Source: Escherichia coli
GTDB lineage: Bacteria > Pseudomonadota > Gammaproteobacteria > Enterobacterales > Enterobacteriaceae
Strand: one strand, 5' to 3'
DNA: 64,000 nucleotides
NCBI RefSeq assembly: GCF_016026235.1
Contig: NZ_CP065613.1
A model generated the notes under the pieces. It was given only the letters and a program-made list of their open reading frames with translations. It was not told the origin of the DNA and did not search any database. Each line of letters opens with the position of its first letter. Position 1 is the stretch's first letter. Position numbers and translations under genes: made by a program. Shown piece by piece: positions 31,393 to 41,760 of this stretch.

Positions 31393-33651
31393 TCAAATCA
31401 ATCCTGCCAGATGGAACTCTTCATATAACCGTTTTGGCGTCAGCGGCAGTGTATTGATTGCAACACCGGTAGCCATCTTCACCGCGTTACGAATAGCAGC
31501 GGCAACAGGAATTATTGGTGGCTCACCCAGTGACTTATGTCCGTATGCGGATTGCGGCTCATTGATTTCGACGAACGCGCTTTCCAGTTGTGGCAGATCC
31601 GGCATGGTCGGCATTTTGTAATCCAGCAGATTGGGGTTACGGACCACGCCGCTTTTAGCATCGATGATCATCTCTTCAAATAGCGCCCAGCCAATGCCCA
31701 TTCCCATTCCGCCGTGTACCTGACCTTCTGCCAGCAGTGGATTAAGAATATGCCCTGAATCATGAACGTTGAGGATGCGGTTGATGGTGACTTTGCACAG
31801 CGCAATATCGACCGTCAGATCAACAAAGGTACAGCCAAACGCCGGTGGGTTAGTGGTGGTTTTGATGGAGCTTTCAGCAGAGAGCTGCCCGCCGCGTTCA
31901 GGGTGGTAGAAAGCGTCCATCGCCAAATCTTTTAACGACATTAACGGCTCTTCCGGTCGTTCAACCAGCACGATATGGCCTTTTATCAGGGTCAGATTCA
32001 TCGCTGACTGATGTAGCATGACTGCGGCGTGAGCGATGATTTTCTCTTTTAATAATAGTGCCGCACTGCGCAGCGCAGGCGCGGCAACATAGCTCTGGCG
32101 TGAGGCAAATGCGCCGGGATCGAACGGCGTAACGTCGGTATCTTGAGTTGAAATAACGCGAACGTCGCTGACGGGAACCCCCACGGTTTCTGCCACCATT
32201 TGCGAGAAGACGGTGTCGGCACCCTGACCGATTTCCGTCGCGCCGCTTTGCACGTTGATGGTTCCATCCTGATTCATCAGAAGGCGCGCGCCTGCTATTT
32301 CTACGCCGACAGGCCAGGTGTTAGAGGTGTAGCTAAAACAGGCGACGCCAACGCCGCGGCGCAAATTGCCTTGCTGGTTCTGGCATTCTGCACGGCGTTT
32401 TTCCCATTCAAAGATTTTCCGGCCTTTTTCAAGACACTCCGGCAACCCTGCGCTGTAAATACGTTTGCCCGTGAGCGGATTAGCATCTCCTTCGCGGGCG
32501 GCGTTGCGTAAACGAATTTCAGCAGGATCAATACCTAACGCTGTCGCGGCGTCATCAAGCATAGACTCAACGGCAAATACGACTTGTGGCGCGCCATAAC
32601 CACGCATCGCACCAGCCGAGGGGTGGTTGGTATAGCAGGTCTTTGAACTGTAAGCGTAGGCACAACGAGGATAAAGGTAAGCGACTTTATTCCCCCCCGC
32701 AGAAGCGATGGAGTGCCCGTGAGATGCATAAGCGCCGGTGTTAGACAGAACATCCAGACTATAACCTTTCAATGTTCCGTCGCGGTTCACGCCCATTTGC
32801 CCGTCAATGGTAAAAGCGTGGCGGGTACGGGTTGCGAGGAAACACTCTTCACGGCTAAGGGAAACTTTCACCGGAATGCCGCCAAGCTTGCTGGTCAGGA
32901 ATGCCGCCATTGGCTCTTCCAGTACATCCTGTTTATTACCAAAACCGCCACCGACAAATGGTTTGATGACTCGTACGCATGACCAGGGAATATCCAGCGC
33001 CTGACCAACCACGCGGCGAACAATGTGCGGGATCTGGGTGCTGGAAACGATGGTAATTCGCGAGTCATCCTCCATCCACGCCAGCGATGTTACGCTTTCC
33101 ATGTGACAATGTTGAATAACGGGGGTCTGATAGTGCCCCTGTACCTGGTAGTCGGCGGCATCGATTGTTTGTTGGACATTACCCGTCGACATCGTGCTTT
33201 GTTTCAGTAAATTGCCACCGTTATGGATTGGTGCAGCGTCTTCTGCCAGCGCCGCTTCTGGCGTGGTGATAACGGGTAATTCTTGCCACTCAATGCTGAC
33301 CAATTGCGCCGCTTTTTCTGCCGTGAGTTCATCGCGGGCCACGACGATGGCAACGGCGTCACCATGATGACGAACATGGCGAGTTAGCAGTGCGCGATCG
33401 GCGGTATCGCGCTTGTTTTCGTCAAGTGTCCAGGCATGCCCAGCTGTAGCGAATGGAATATCAGGCACATCTTCCCAGGTAAAAATCGCCAGTACGCCCG
33501 GCAAACTTCTGGCTTGTTCATCATTAATACTTACGGCATAACCATGTGCGATAGGGCTACGTACATATTTCGCATAACACATGCCCGCCATAACATAATC
33601 GTCAGTATATCGTGCCCGCCCGGTGACCTTAGCAATGGCATCGACGCGCAT
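31393..33651 (-). CDS. xdhA: Xanthine dehydrogenase molybdenum-binding subunit, 752 aa (start MRVDAIAK)
   Basis: Size and synteny; internal start gives the expected length. Confidence 0.9.
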   Translation of the reverse strand: MRVDAIAKVTGRARYTDDYVMAGMCYAKYVRSPIAHGYAVSINDEQARSLPGVLAIFTWEDVPDIPFATAGHAWTLDENKRDTADRALLTRHVRHHGDAVAIVVARDELTAEKAAQLVSIEWQELPVITTPEAALAEDAAPIHNGGNLLKQSTMSTGNVQQTIDAADYQVQGHYQTPVIQHCHMESVTSLAWMEDDSRITIVSSTQIPHIVRRVVGQALDIPWSCVRVIKPFVGGGFGNKQDVLEEPMAAFLTSKLGGIPVKVSLSREECFLATRTRHAFTIDGQMGVNRDGTLKGYSLDVLSNTGAYASHGHSIASAGGNKVAYLYPRCAYAYSSKTCYTNHPSAGAMRGYGAPQVVFAVESMLDDAATALGIDPAEIRLRNAAREGDANPLTGKRIYSAGLPECLEKGRKIFEWEKRRAECQNQQGNLRRGVGVACFSYTSNTWPVGVEIAGARLLMNQDGTINVQSGATEIGQGADTVFSQMVAETVGVPVSDVRVISTQDTDVTPFDPGAFASRQSYVAAPALRSAALLLKEKIIAHAAVMLHQSAMNLTLIKGHIVLVERPEEPLMSLKDLAMDAFYHPERGGQLSAESSIKTTTNPPAFGCTFVDLTVDIALCKVTINRILNVHDSGHILNPLLAEGQVHGGMGMGIGWALFEEMIIDAKSGVVRNPNLLDYKMPTMPDLPQLESAFVEINEPQSAYGHKSLGEPPIIPVAAAIRNAVKMATGVAINTLPLTPKRLYEEFHLAGLI

Positions 33652-34104
33652 GCATGATTCACCCGTAGCGGTTGCTTCCCGCGCTTCCATAGAAATCCCC
33701 TCGATTTGAACATTTGGTTCTTATGGCAAAGATTTAGTCTAAGCAGGCAAGATTTACGCCAGAAACGACGATAAGCGTTAGGGGAGGTAGGAAGTGTGAT
33801 GACGTTAAAAAAACACAGATATGATACGAAACAGGACTCTGAATAGGGGCAGTGATACGTATCAATATGAGTGGCGATAAAATCAATGTGATAAATTGGG
33901 ATTATTACGCATCAGGATGGGAAATAGGGTAAAAAGTCAGGAAGTTCGATACCTCTACAGCGAATATTTTGCTGATGATACTTCCCTTTGCCAAATGAAA
34001 TTAACCTCTTTCTCTATTACCACGTTTTTCCAGAAGCAAGAGATTGGGTATCAAGAGGCTGGCTGCTATGATAAGGCGTCTTGTTTTTTAAGCGAGGAAA
34101 GATT

Positions 34105-34860
34105 TTGAGTGCGGGACGCCTGAATAAAAAATCTCTGGGTATCGTGATGTTGTTATCGGTTGGACTGCTTTTGGCGGGCTGTTCGGGTAGCAAATCATCC
34201 GATACAGGAACGTATTCCGGCTCCGTTTACACCGTGAAACGGGGGGATACGCTATATCGTATTTCGCGCACCACGGGAACCAGCGTAAAAGAACTGGCGC
34301 GACTGAACGGCATTTCCCCCCCTTACACCATTGAAGTTGGTCAGAAACTAAAACTGGGTGGGGCGAAAAGTAGCAGTAGTACACGTAAATCAACCGCCAA
34401 ATCAACGACCAAAACCGCATCGGTTACACCGTCATCAGCGGTACCGAAATCTTCCTGGCCGCCAGTAGGGCAACGTTGTTGGTTATGGCCAACGACAGGG
34501 AAAGTTATCATGCCGTATTCGACAGCAGATGGCGGCAATAAAGGGATTGATATCTCAGCTCCACGGGGTACACCTATTTACGCCGCGGGTGCAGGAAAGG
34601 TGGTGTATGTGGGCAACCAGCTGCGTGGCTACGGTAATCTCATCATGATTAAACACAGTGAAGATTACATTACGGCTTACGCCCATAATGACACGATGCT
34701 GGTAAATAATGGGCAAAGCGTGAAGGCTGGGCAAAAAATCGCCACTATGGGGAGCACGGATGCGGCATCTGTTCGCCTGCATTTCCAGATTCGTTACCGT
34801 GCAACGGCAATTGATCCGCTACGTTACTTGCCGCCGCAGGGCAGCAAGCCAAAATGCTGA
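34105..34860 (+). CDS. ygeR: LysM / M23-peptidase-domain lipoprotein, 251 aa, probable TTG start
   Basis: Lipobox LLAGCSGS, LysM-like YTVKRGDTLYRISR, M23-like C-terminus; divergent from xdhA. Confidence 0.85.
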   Translation: MSAGRLNKKSLGIVMLLSVGLLLAGCSGSKSSDTGTYSGSVYTVKRGDTLYRISRTTGTSVKELARLNGISPPYTIEVGQKLKLGGAKSSSSTRKSTAKSTTKTASVTPSSAVPKSSWPPVGQRCWLWPTTGKVIMPYSTADGGNKGIDISAPRGTPIYAAGAGKVVYVGNQLRGYGNLIMIKHSEDYITAYAHNDTMLVNNGQSVKAGQKIATMGSTDAASVRLHFQIRYRATAIDPLRYLPPQGSKPKC

Positions 34861-34938
34861 TGGCGAATTAATCAGCAGTCAGCAGCGCGGCACTTGCTAA
34901 GGAGAGCGTAAGGTTTATAATGCCTTACGCATCTCGAA

Positions 34939-35012
34939 GCGGGCGTAGTTCAATGGTAGAACGAGAGCTTCCCAAGCTCTATACGAGGGTTCGATTCCCT
35001 TCGCCCGCTCCA
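34939..35012 (+). tRNA. glyU: tRNA-Gly (anticodon CCC)
   Basis: 74-nt GCGGGCGTAGTTCAATGGTAGAACGAGAGCTTCCCAAGCTCTATACGAGGGTTCGATTCCCTTCGCCCGCTCCA with 7-bp acceptor stem, CCC anticodon loop, T-loop GGTTCGATTCC and 3' CCA. Confidence 0.9.
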
Positions 35013-35245
35013 ATTTATCTTCACCTCATCAATCTGCCATTTTTGCTGTATCTGATTTTCTATATTATCTTAATTCAATCGCTTCAGACTTTTCGCAATC
35101 GCCGTAATATTTCCCCATTTTGTTGTAAATAAAAAGCGTTTACGCAATGCAATCCTTTTGTAACAACCCAGGTAAAACACCTTATTTTCAAGTTGTTAAA
35201 TAAGTGGTTATCTACGCTTTTAACAAACGATTGATGGAATATTTT

Positions 35246-35301
35246 ATGAAAGGGAAATCTGCATTAACTCTTCTGCTCGCTGGTATATTTTCGTGCGGCA
35301 C
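35246..35301 (+). pseudogene. 5' fragment (18 codons) of an ORF with a signal-peptide-like N-terminus, cut by the IS1 left end
   Basis: ATG at 35246 gives MKGKSALTLLLAGIFSCG..., then the IS1 inverted repeat begins at 35302; identity not recognised. Confidence 0.3.
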
Positions 35302-35356
35302 GGTGATGCTGCCAACTTACTGATTTAGTGTATGATGGTGTTTTTGAGGTGCTCCA

Positions 35357-35632
35357 GTGGCTTCTGTTTCTATCAGCTGTCCCTCCTGTTCAGCTACTGA
35401 CGGGGTGGTGCGTAACGGCAAAAGCACCGCCGGACATCAGCGCTATCTCTGCTCTCACTGCCGTAAAACATGGCAACTGCAGTTCACTTACACCGCTTCT
35501 CAACCCGGTACGCACCAGAAAATCATTGATATGGCCATGAATGGCGTTGGATGCCGGGCAACTGCCCGCATTATGGGCGTTGGCCTCAACACGATTTTAC
35601 GTCACTTAAAAAACTCAGGCCGCAGTCGGTAA
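35357..35632 (+). CDS. insA: IS1 InsA, 91 aa
   Basis: Protein [43 protein letters not shown]... is the IS1 InsA sequence. Confidence 0.9.
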
Positions 35633-36054
35633 CCTCGCGCATACAGCCGGGCAGTGACGTCATCGTCTGCGCGGAAATGGACGAACAGTGGGGCTATGTC
35701 GGGGCTAAATCGCGCCAGCGCTGGCTGTTTTACGCGTATGACAGTCTCCGGAAGACGGTTGTTGCGCACGTATTCGGTGAACGCACTATGGCGACGCTGG
35801 GGCGTCTTATGAGCCTGCTGTCACCCTTTGACGTGGTGATATGGATGACGGATGGCTGGCCGCTGTATGAATCCCGCCTGAAGGGAAAGCTGCACGTAAT
35901 CAGCAAGCGATATACGCAGCGAATTGAGCGGCATAACCTGAATCTGAGGCAGCACCTGGCACGGCTGGGACGGAAGTCGCTGTCGTTCTCAAAATCGGTG
36001 GAGCTGCATGACAAAGTCATCGGGCATTATCTGAACATAAAACACTATCAATAA
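35551..36054 (+). CDS. insB: IS1 InsB reading frame (expressed as InsAB' by frameshifting)
   Basis: 167-aa ORF overlapping insA, typical IS1 organisation. Confidence 0.85.
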
Positions 36055-36069
36055 GTTGGAGTCATTACC

Positions 36070-36248
36070 CGTCGGGTCAATGTCAATGGTGGCGCGATCG
36101 CACTCGGTCACCCGATAGGCGCTTCCGGTTGCCGAATCCTGGTTTCTCTGGTTCATGAAATGGTGAAACGTAATGCCCGCAAAGGGCTGGCAACGCTTTG
36201 TATCGGCGGGGGCCAGGGCGTGGCATTGACCATTGAACGTGACGAGTA
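36070..36248 (+). pseudogene. yqeF: 3' remnant (about 59 codons) of a thiolase gene, truncated by IS1
   Basis: In-frame C-terminus ...[54 protein letters not shown] is a thiolase tail; sits upstream of kduI as yqeF does in K-12. Confidence 0.7.
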
Positions 36249-36405
36249 GCTCTGCATTTCCTCCTTACCGATAAATATCTGCCGTCATTAATCTGTTGAA
36301 TAATGATGGCTGGCAAGTCGACATTCATTTTCTGGGCTCCCTCATTTTTCCATTCTCATGACATATTCGTGATCGACACTGCACTTTTTTTAATCCTTAA
36401 CTTAA

Positions 36406-36426
36406 AAATGAAACATTGTTTTATTT
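36406..36426. promoter_or_regulatory. KdgR-operator-like palindrome upstream of kduI
   Basis: AAATGAAACATTGTTTTATTT resembles the KdgR box AATGAAACAnTGTTTCATT. Confidence 0.35.
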
Positions 36427-36473
36427 TTAATTGAAAACCCTAGCCCATGGGCATATCATCCCTTTATAGAGAA

Positions 36474-36491
36474 AACGAAACAGTGTTTCAC
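36474..36491. promoter_or_regulatory. Second KdgR-like palindrome upstream of kduI
   Basis: AACGAAACAGTGTTTCAC, inverted repeat GAAACA-N-TGTTTC, about 45 bp upstream of the kduI GTG start. Confidence 0.35.
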
Positions 36492-36535
36492 TATCGTTTT
36501 CTATTTTCACGCTTCACTGATTATCGGAGGTTGAT

Positions 36536-37372
36536 GTGGACGTAAGACAGAGCATCCACAGTGCGCACGCAAAAACGCTGGATACCCAAGGGCTGCGCAA
36601 TGAATTTTTGGTTGAAAAGGTATTTGTCGCCGATGAGTACACCATGGTTTACAGCCACATTGACCGAATTATTGTTGGCGGCATTATGCCGATAACTAAA
36701 ACGGTTTCCGTTGGCGGGGAAGTTGGTAAACAACTCGGCGTAAGCTATTTCCTTGAACGTCGCGAGTTAGGTGTTATCAATATTGGCGGTGCCGGTACGA
36801 TTACTGTCGATGGCCAATGCTATGAAATCGGTCACCGCGACGCCCTGTATGTTGGTAAAGGTGCAAAAGAAGTTGTCTTTGCCAGTATTGATACCGCCAC
36901 TCCGGCAAAGTTTTATTACAATTGCGCACCCGCGCATACGACGTATCCCACCAAAAAAGTCACACCGGACGAAGTATCTCCAGTCACGTTAGGCGATAAC
37001 CTCACCAGTAACCGTCGCACAATTAACAAATATTTTGTCCCGGATGTGCTGGAAACCTGCCAATTGAGTATGGGGCTGACGGAGCTGGCTCCAGGTAACT
37101 TGTGGAACACCATGCCGTGTCACACTCACGAGCGCCGGATGGAAGTTTATTTCTATTTCAATATGGATGATGACGCCTGCGTTTTCCACATGATGGGGCA
37201 GCCGCAAGAAACGCGTCACATTGTGATGCATAACGAGCAGGCGGTGATCTCCCCGAGCTGGTCGATTCATTCCGGCGTCGGAACCAAAGCTTATACCTTT
37301 ATCTGGGGCATGGTCGGTGAAAACCAGGTCTTTGATGATATGGACCATGTGGCCGTTAAAGATTTGCGCTAG
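36536..37372 (+). CDS. kduI: 5-dehydro-4-deoxy-D-glucuronate isomerase, 278 aa (GTG start)
   Basis: [24 protein letters not shown]... matches KduI. Confidence 0.95.
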   Translation: MDVRQSIHSAHAKTLDTQGLRNEFLVEKVFVADEYTMVYSHIDRIIVGGIMPITKTVSVGGEVGKQLGVSYFLERRELGVINIGGAGTITVDGQCYEIGHRDALYVGKGAKEVVFASIDTATPAKFYYNCAPAHTTYPTKKVTPDEVSPVTLGDNLTSNRRTINKYFVPDVLETCQLSMGLTELAPGNLWNTMPCHTHERRMEVYFYFNMDDDACVFHMMGQPQETRHIVMHNEQAVISPSWSIHSGVGTKAYTFIWGMVGENQVFDDMDHVAVKDLR

Positions 37373-37401
37373 TTGTGGGCATAAACGAATAAGGTATTGT
37401 T

Positions 37402-38163
37402 ATGATTTTAAGTGCATTTTCTCTCGAAGGTAAAGTTGCGGTCGTCACTGGCTGTGATACTGGGCTGGGCCAGGGGATGGCGTTGGGGCTGGCGCAAGCG
37501 GGCTGTGACATTGTTGGCATTAACATCGTTGAACCTACTGAAACCATCAAGCAGGTCACGGCGCTGGGGCGTCGTTTTTTAAGCCTGACCGCCGATCTGC
37601 GAAAGATTGATGGTATTCCAGCACTGCTGGATCGCGCGGTAGCGGAGTTTGGTCATATTGATATCCTGGTGAATAACGCCGGATTGATTCGCCGCGAAGA
37701 TGCTCTCGAGTTCAGCGAAAAGGACTGGGACGATGTCATGAACCTGAATATCAAGAGCGTATTCTTCATGTCTCAGGCAGCGGCGAAACACTTTATCGCG
37801 CAAGGCAATGGCGGCAAGATTATCAATATCGCGTCAATGCTCTCCTTCCAGGGCGGGATCCGTGTGCCTTCTTATACCGCATCAAAAAGCGGCGTGATGG
37901 GTGTGACGCGATTGATGGCGAACGAATGGGCTAAACACAACATTAATGTTAATGCGATAGCTCCGGGTTACATGGCGACCAACAATACTCAACAACTACG
38001 GGCAGATGAACAACGTAGCGCGGAAATTCTCGACCGCATTCCAGCTGGTCGTTGGGGACTGCCGAGTGACCTGATGGGGCCGATAGTGTTCCTTGCCTCC
38101 AACGCTTCAGATTATGTGAATGGTTATACCATTGCCGTGGATGGCGGTTGGCTGGCGCGTTAA
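37402..38163 (+). CDS. kduD: 2-dehydro-3-deoxy-D-gluconate 5-dehydrogenase (SDR family), 253 aa
   Basis: SDR glycine motif TGCDTGLG and YxxxK active-site motif (YTASK); synteny. Confidence 0.95.
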   Translation: MILSAFSLEGKVAVVTGCDTGLGQGMALGLAQAGCDIVGINIVEPTETIKQVTALGRRFLSLTADLRKIDGIPALLDRAVAEFGHIDILVNNAGLIRREDALEFSEKDWDDVMNLNIKSVFFMSQAAAKHFIAQGNGGKIINIASMLSFQGGIRVPSYTASKSGVMGVTRLMANEWAKHNINVNAIAPGYMATNNTQQLRADEQRSAEILDRIPAGRWGLPSDLMGPIVFLASNASDYVNGYTIAVDGGWLAR

Positions 38164-38185
38164 TTCATTCTTCTTACTTTTATGA

Positions 38186-38209
38186 CCCTGCCGCATGGCA
38201 GGGTTTTTT
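38186..38209 (+). terminator. Rho-independent terminator after kduD
   Basis: Hairpin CCCTGCC-GCAT-GGCAGGG followed by TTTTTT. Confidence 0.6.
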
Positions 38210-38477
38210 ATACCTGTAGATCATCATAATCCATATCATGGTTATGAAATAATCCATATTAATTATCAATCAATGAACTTTATGAATTTTATCTGCTGTA
38301 AAATTAGGTGGTTAATAATAATCTCAATAATTCAACTTATTTTGAAAATTGGAATATCCATCACATAACGACATGTCGCAGCAATTTAATCCATATTTAT
38401 GCTGTTTCCGACCTGACACCTGCGTGAGTTGTTCACGTATTTTTTCACTATGTCTTACTCTCTGCTGGCAGGAAAAA

Positions 38478-39896
38478 ATGGTTACTATCAATACGGAATC
38501 TGCTTTAACGCCACGTTCTTTGCGGGATACGCGGCGTATGAATATGTTTGTTTCGGTAGCTGCTGCGGTCGCAGGATTGTTATTTGGTCTTGATATCGGC
38601 GTAATCGCCGGAGCGTTGCCGTTCATTACCGATCACTTTGTGCTGACCAGTCGTTTGCAGGAATGGGTGGTTAGTAGCATGATGCTCGGCGCAGCAATTG
38701 GTGCGCTGTTTAATGGTTGGCTGTCGTTCCGCCTGGGGCGTAAATACAGCCTGATGGCGGGGGCCATCCTGTTTGTACTCGGTTCTATAGGGTCCGCTTT
38801 TGCGACCAGCGTAGAGATGTTAATCGCCGCTCGTGTGGTGCTGGGCATTGCTGTCGGGATCGCGTCTTACACCGCTCCTCTGTATCTTTCTGAAATGGCA
38901 AGTGAAAACGTTCGCGGTAAGATGATCAGTATGTACCAGTTGATGGTCACACTCGGCATCGTGCTGGCGTTTTTATCTGATACAGCGTTCAGTTATAGCG
39001 GTAACTGGCGCGCAATGTTGGGGGTTCTTGCTTTACCAGCAGTTCTGCTGATTATTCTGGTGGTCTTCCTGCCAAATAGCCCGCGCTGGCTGGCGGAAAA
39101 GGGGCGTCATATTGAGGCGGAAGAAGTATTGCGTATGCTGCGTGATACGTCGGAAAAAGCGCGAGAAGAACTCAACGAAATTCGTGAAAGCCTGAAGTTA
39201 AAACAGGGCGGTTGGGCACTGTTTAAGATCAACCGTAACGTCCGTCGTGCTGTGTTTCTCGGTATGTTGTTGCAGGCGATGCAGCAGTTTACCGGTATGA
39301 ACATCATCATGTACTACGCGCCGCGTATCTTCAAAATGGCGGGCTTTACGACCACAGAACAACAGATGATTGCGACTCTGGTCGTAGGGCTGACCTTTAT
39401 GTTCGCCACCTTTATTGCGGTGTTTACGGTAGATAAAGCAGGGCGTAAACCGGCTCTGAAAATTGGTTTCAGCGTGATGGCGTTAGGCACTCTGGTGCTG
39501 GGCTATTGCCTGATGCAGTTTGATAACGGTACGGCTTCCAGTGGCTTGTCCTGGCTCTCTGTTGGCATGACGATGATGTGTATTGCCGGTTATGCGATGA
39601 GCGCCGCGCCAGTGGTGTGGATCCTGTGCTCTGAAATTCAGCCGCTGAAATGCCGCGATTTCGGTATTACCTGTTCGACCACCACGAACTGGGTGTCGAA
39701 TATGATCATCGGCGCGACCTTCCTGACGCTGCTCGACAGCATTGGCGCTGCCGGTACGTTCTGGCTCTACACTGCGCTGAACATTGCGTTTGTGGGCATC
39801 ACTTTCTGGCTCATTCCGGAAACCAAAAATGTCACGCTGGAACATATCGAACGCAAACTGATGGCAGGCGAGAAGTTGAGAAATATCGGCATCTGA
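38478..39896 (+). CDS. araE: Arabinose:H+ symporter (MFS), 472 aa; start [10 protein letters not shown] inside the longer track ORF
   Basis: Sequence matches AraE; sugar-porter motifs. Confidence 0.95.
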
Positions 39897-39902
39897 TTTC
39901 AC

Positions 39903-39935
39903 GGGCCGGATGTGCTGTACATCCGGCCCTTTTTT
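39903..39935 (+). terminator. Rho-independent terminator after araE
   Basis: GGGCCGGATG-TGCTGTAC-ATCCGGCCC hairpin followed by TTTTTT. Confidence 0.7.
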
Positions 39936-40024
39936 CGTTAATAGAGATTGGGCACTTGGCCGTTGAGGCGTTTGTCTCGTTCCTTATTCAGCCTTGTTGC
40001 GGTAACACACATCAGGAGAGAGGA

Positions 40025-40717
40025 ATGAAAACAATTGGTTTGCTGGGAGGAATGAGCTGGGAATCCACCATTCCTTACTATCGTTTGATAAATGAAGGCA
40101 TTAAACAGCGGCTTGGTGGGCTTCACTCTGCGCAAGTGCTGCTACATAGCGTCGATTTTCATGAAATAGAAGAGTGCCAGCGTCGCGGGGAATGGGATAA
40201 AACTGGGGACATTCTGGCTGAGGCGGCGCTTGGCTTACAGCGGGCGGGCGCAGAAGGTATTGTGTTATGTACCAATACGATGCATAAAGTGGCGGATGCC
40301 ATTGAGTCACGTTGCACTCTGCCTTTCTTACACATTGCGGATGCCACCGGACGTGCAATTACCGGGGCCGGAATGACTCGTGTGGCGCTGCTGGGTACGC
40401 GTTACACCATGGAACAGGATTTTTATCGCGGGCGGCTGACGGAACAATTTTCCATCAATTGTCTTATTCCTGAAGCGGATGAACGGGCGAAAATTAATCA
40501 GATTATTTTTGAAGAACTGTGTCTGGGGCAATTTACCGAAGCGTCACGCGCTTATTATGCGCAAGTGATTGCTCGCCTTGCAGAACAGGGCGCACAGGGC
40601 GTCATTTTTGGCTGCACAGAAATTGGTTTACTGGTGCCAGAAGAGCGCAGTGTTTTGCCTGTGTTTGATACTGCGGCGATCCATGCCGAGGATGCTGTCG
40701 CTTTTATGCTGTCGTAG
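40025..40717 (+). CDS. ygeA: Asp/Glu racemase-family protein, 230 aa
   Basis: [24 protein letters not shown]...; size and synteny. Confidence 0.9.
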
Positions 40718-41639
40718 CTGACGACAAAATAGCGTCAAGAGAAGTGACCAGTTTCGGTAACCCCGCTTGTAAATGCCCACTAAACGCCTGAACCAGCGCT
40801 GATGACGGGCGGTGCAGGGGGCGGATCAGGCTGACGGTGAACGGAACCGCAATACTGAACCGCCGCACCACTAAACCGCTTGCCGCATAATCTAGTGCGG
40901 TGAGCGGGTTAACCACCGAAACACCTACCCCCGCCCGTACCATTGCGCAGACTGACGCGGCGCTGTGGGTTTCTACGATCATGCGTCGTTTAACCTGATG
41001 TTCAGTAAATAGCTGATCCAGCAACTGGCGATAGCTGTCAGTACGGGAAAGGCTGATGTAGTTCTCACCCTGAAAATCATCCGGCGTTAATACCTTTTTT
41101 ACCGCCAGCGGATGACCCGGAGGTAACACACACACTTCATCTAAAGAGAGTAATTCGGTACGTTCTGTTCCCGCAGGCGTATGGAGCGTTTCAGTGAGTC
41201 CTAAATCATGACGCTGGGCCGAGAGCCACTCTTCAAGTAGCGGTGATTCCTGGGGCACGATATTTAAGCTGACATCGGGATAACGTGCCAGAAAGGGTTG
41301 CAGGAGCTGCGGTAAAAAAGATTGCGAAAAGACCGGCAGGCAGGCAATAGACAGTTCTCCCTGGCGAAACTCGCGCAGACTTTCTGCGGCGCTGACAATG
41401 CGATCCAGTCCGTACCAGGATCGTTGCACTTCTTCAAACAGACGCAGTCCTTGCACGGTAGGATGTAATCGTCCACGTACGCGCTCAAACAATTTCAGCC
41501 CGATCACCTTCTCAAAGCGCGCAAGTTCGCGGCTGACGGTTGGCTGTGAGGTGTGTAGCAGGTGTGCCGCCTCAGTCAGGCTTCCGGCGGTCATTACCGC
41601 ATGAAAAATTTCAATATGACGTAAGTTAACGGCGGCCAT
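40704..41639 (-). CDS. lysR: LysR-type transcriptional activator of lysA, 311 aa
   Basis: N-terminal HTH ([23 protein letters not shown]); divergent from lysA. Confidence 0.95.
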
Positions 41640-41760
41640 TAGCGCTCTCTCGCAATCCGGTAATCCATATCATTTTTGCATAGACTCGACATAAATCGAT
41701 ATTTTTTATTCTTTTTATGATGTGGCGTAATCATAAAAAAGCACTTATCTGGAGTTTGTT

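Larger units (their letters stand above)
35302..36069 (+). mobile_element. IS1 (768 bp)
   Basis: Ends GGTGATGCTGCCAACTTACTGAT... and ...ATCAATAAGTTGGAGTCATTACC; contains insA and insB; 9-bp flanks differ (GTGCGGCAC vs CGTCGGGTC), so no target-site duplication. Confidence 0.95.

Noticed and set aside
33896-34108. 70-aa ORF in the xdhA-ygeR intergenic region
   Set aside because: No RBS or homology support, and it overlaps the likely ygeR TTG start; probably non-coding promoter sequence.
38349-38477. Upstream extension of the araE ORF (track start at 38349)
   Set aside because: AraE begins [10 protein letters not shown] at 38478; the extension runs through promoter-like sequence.
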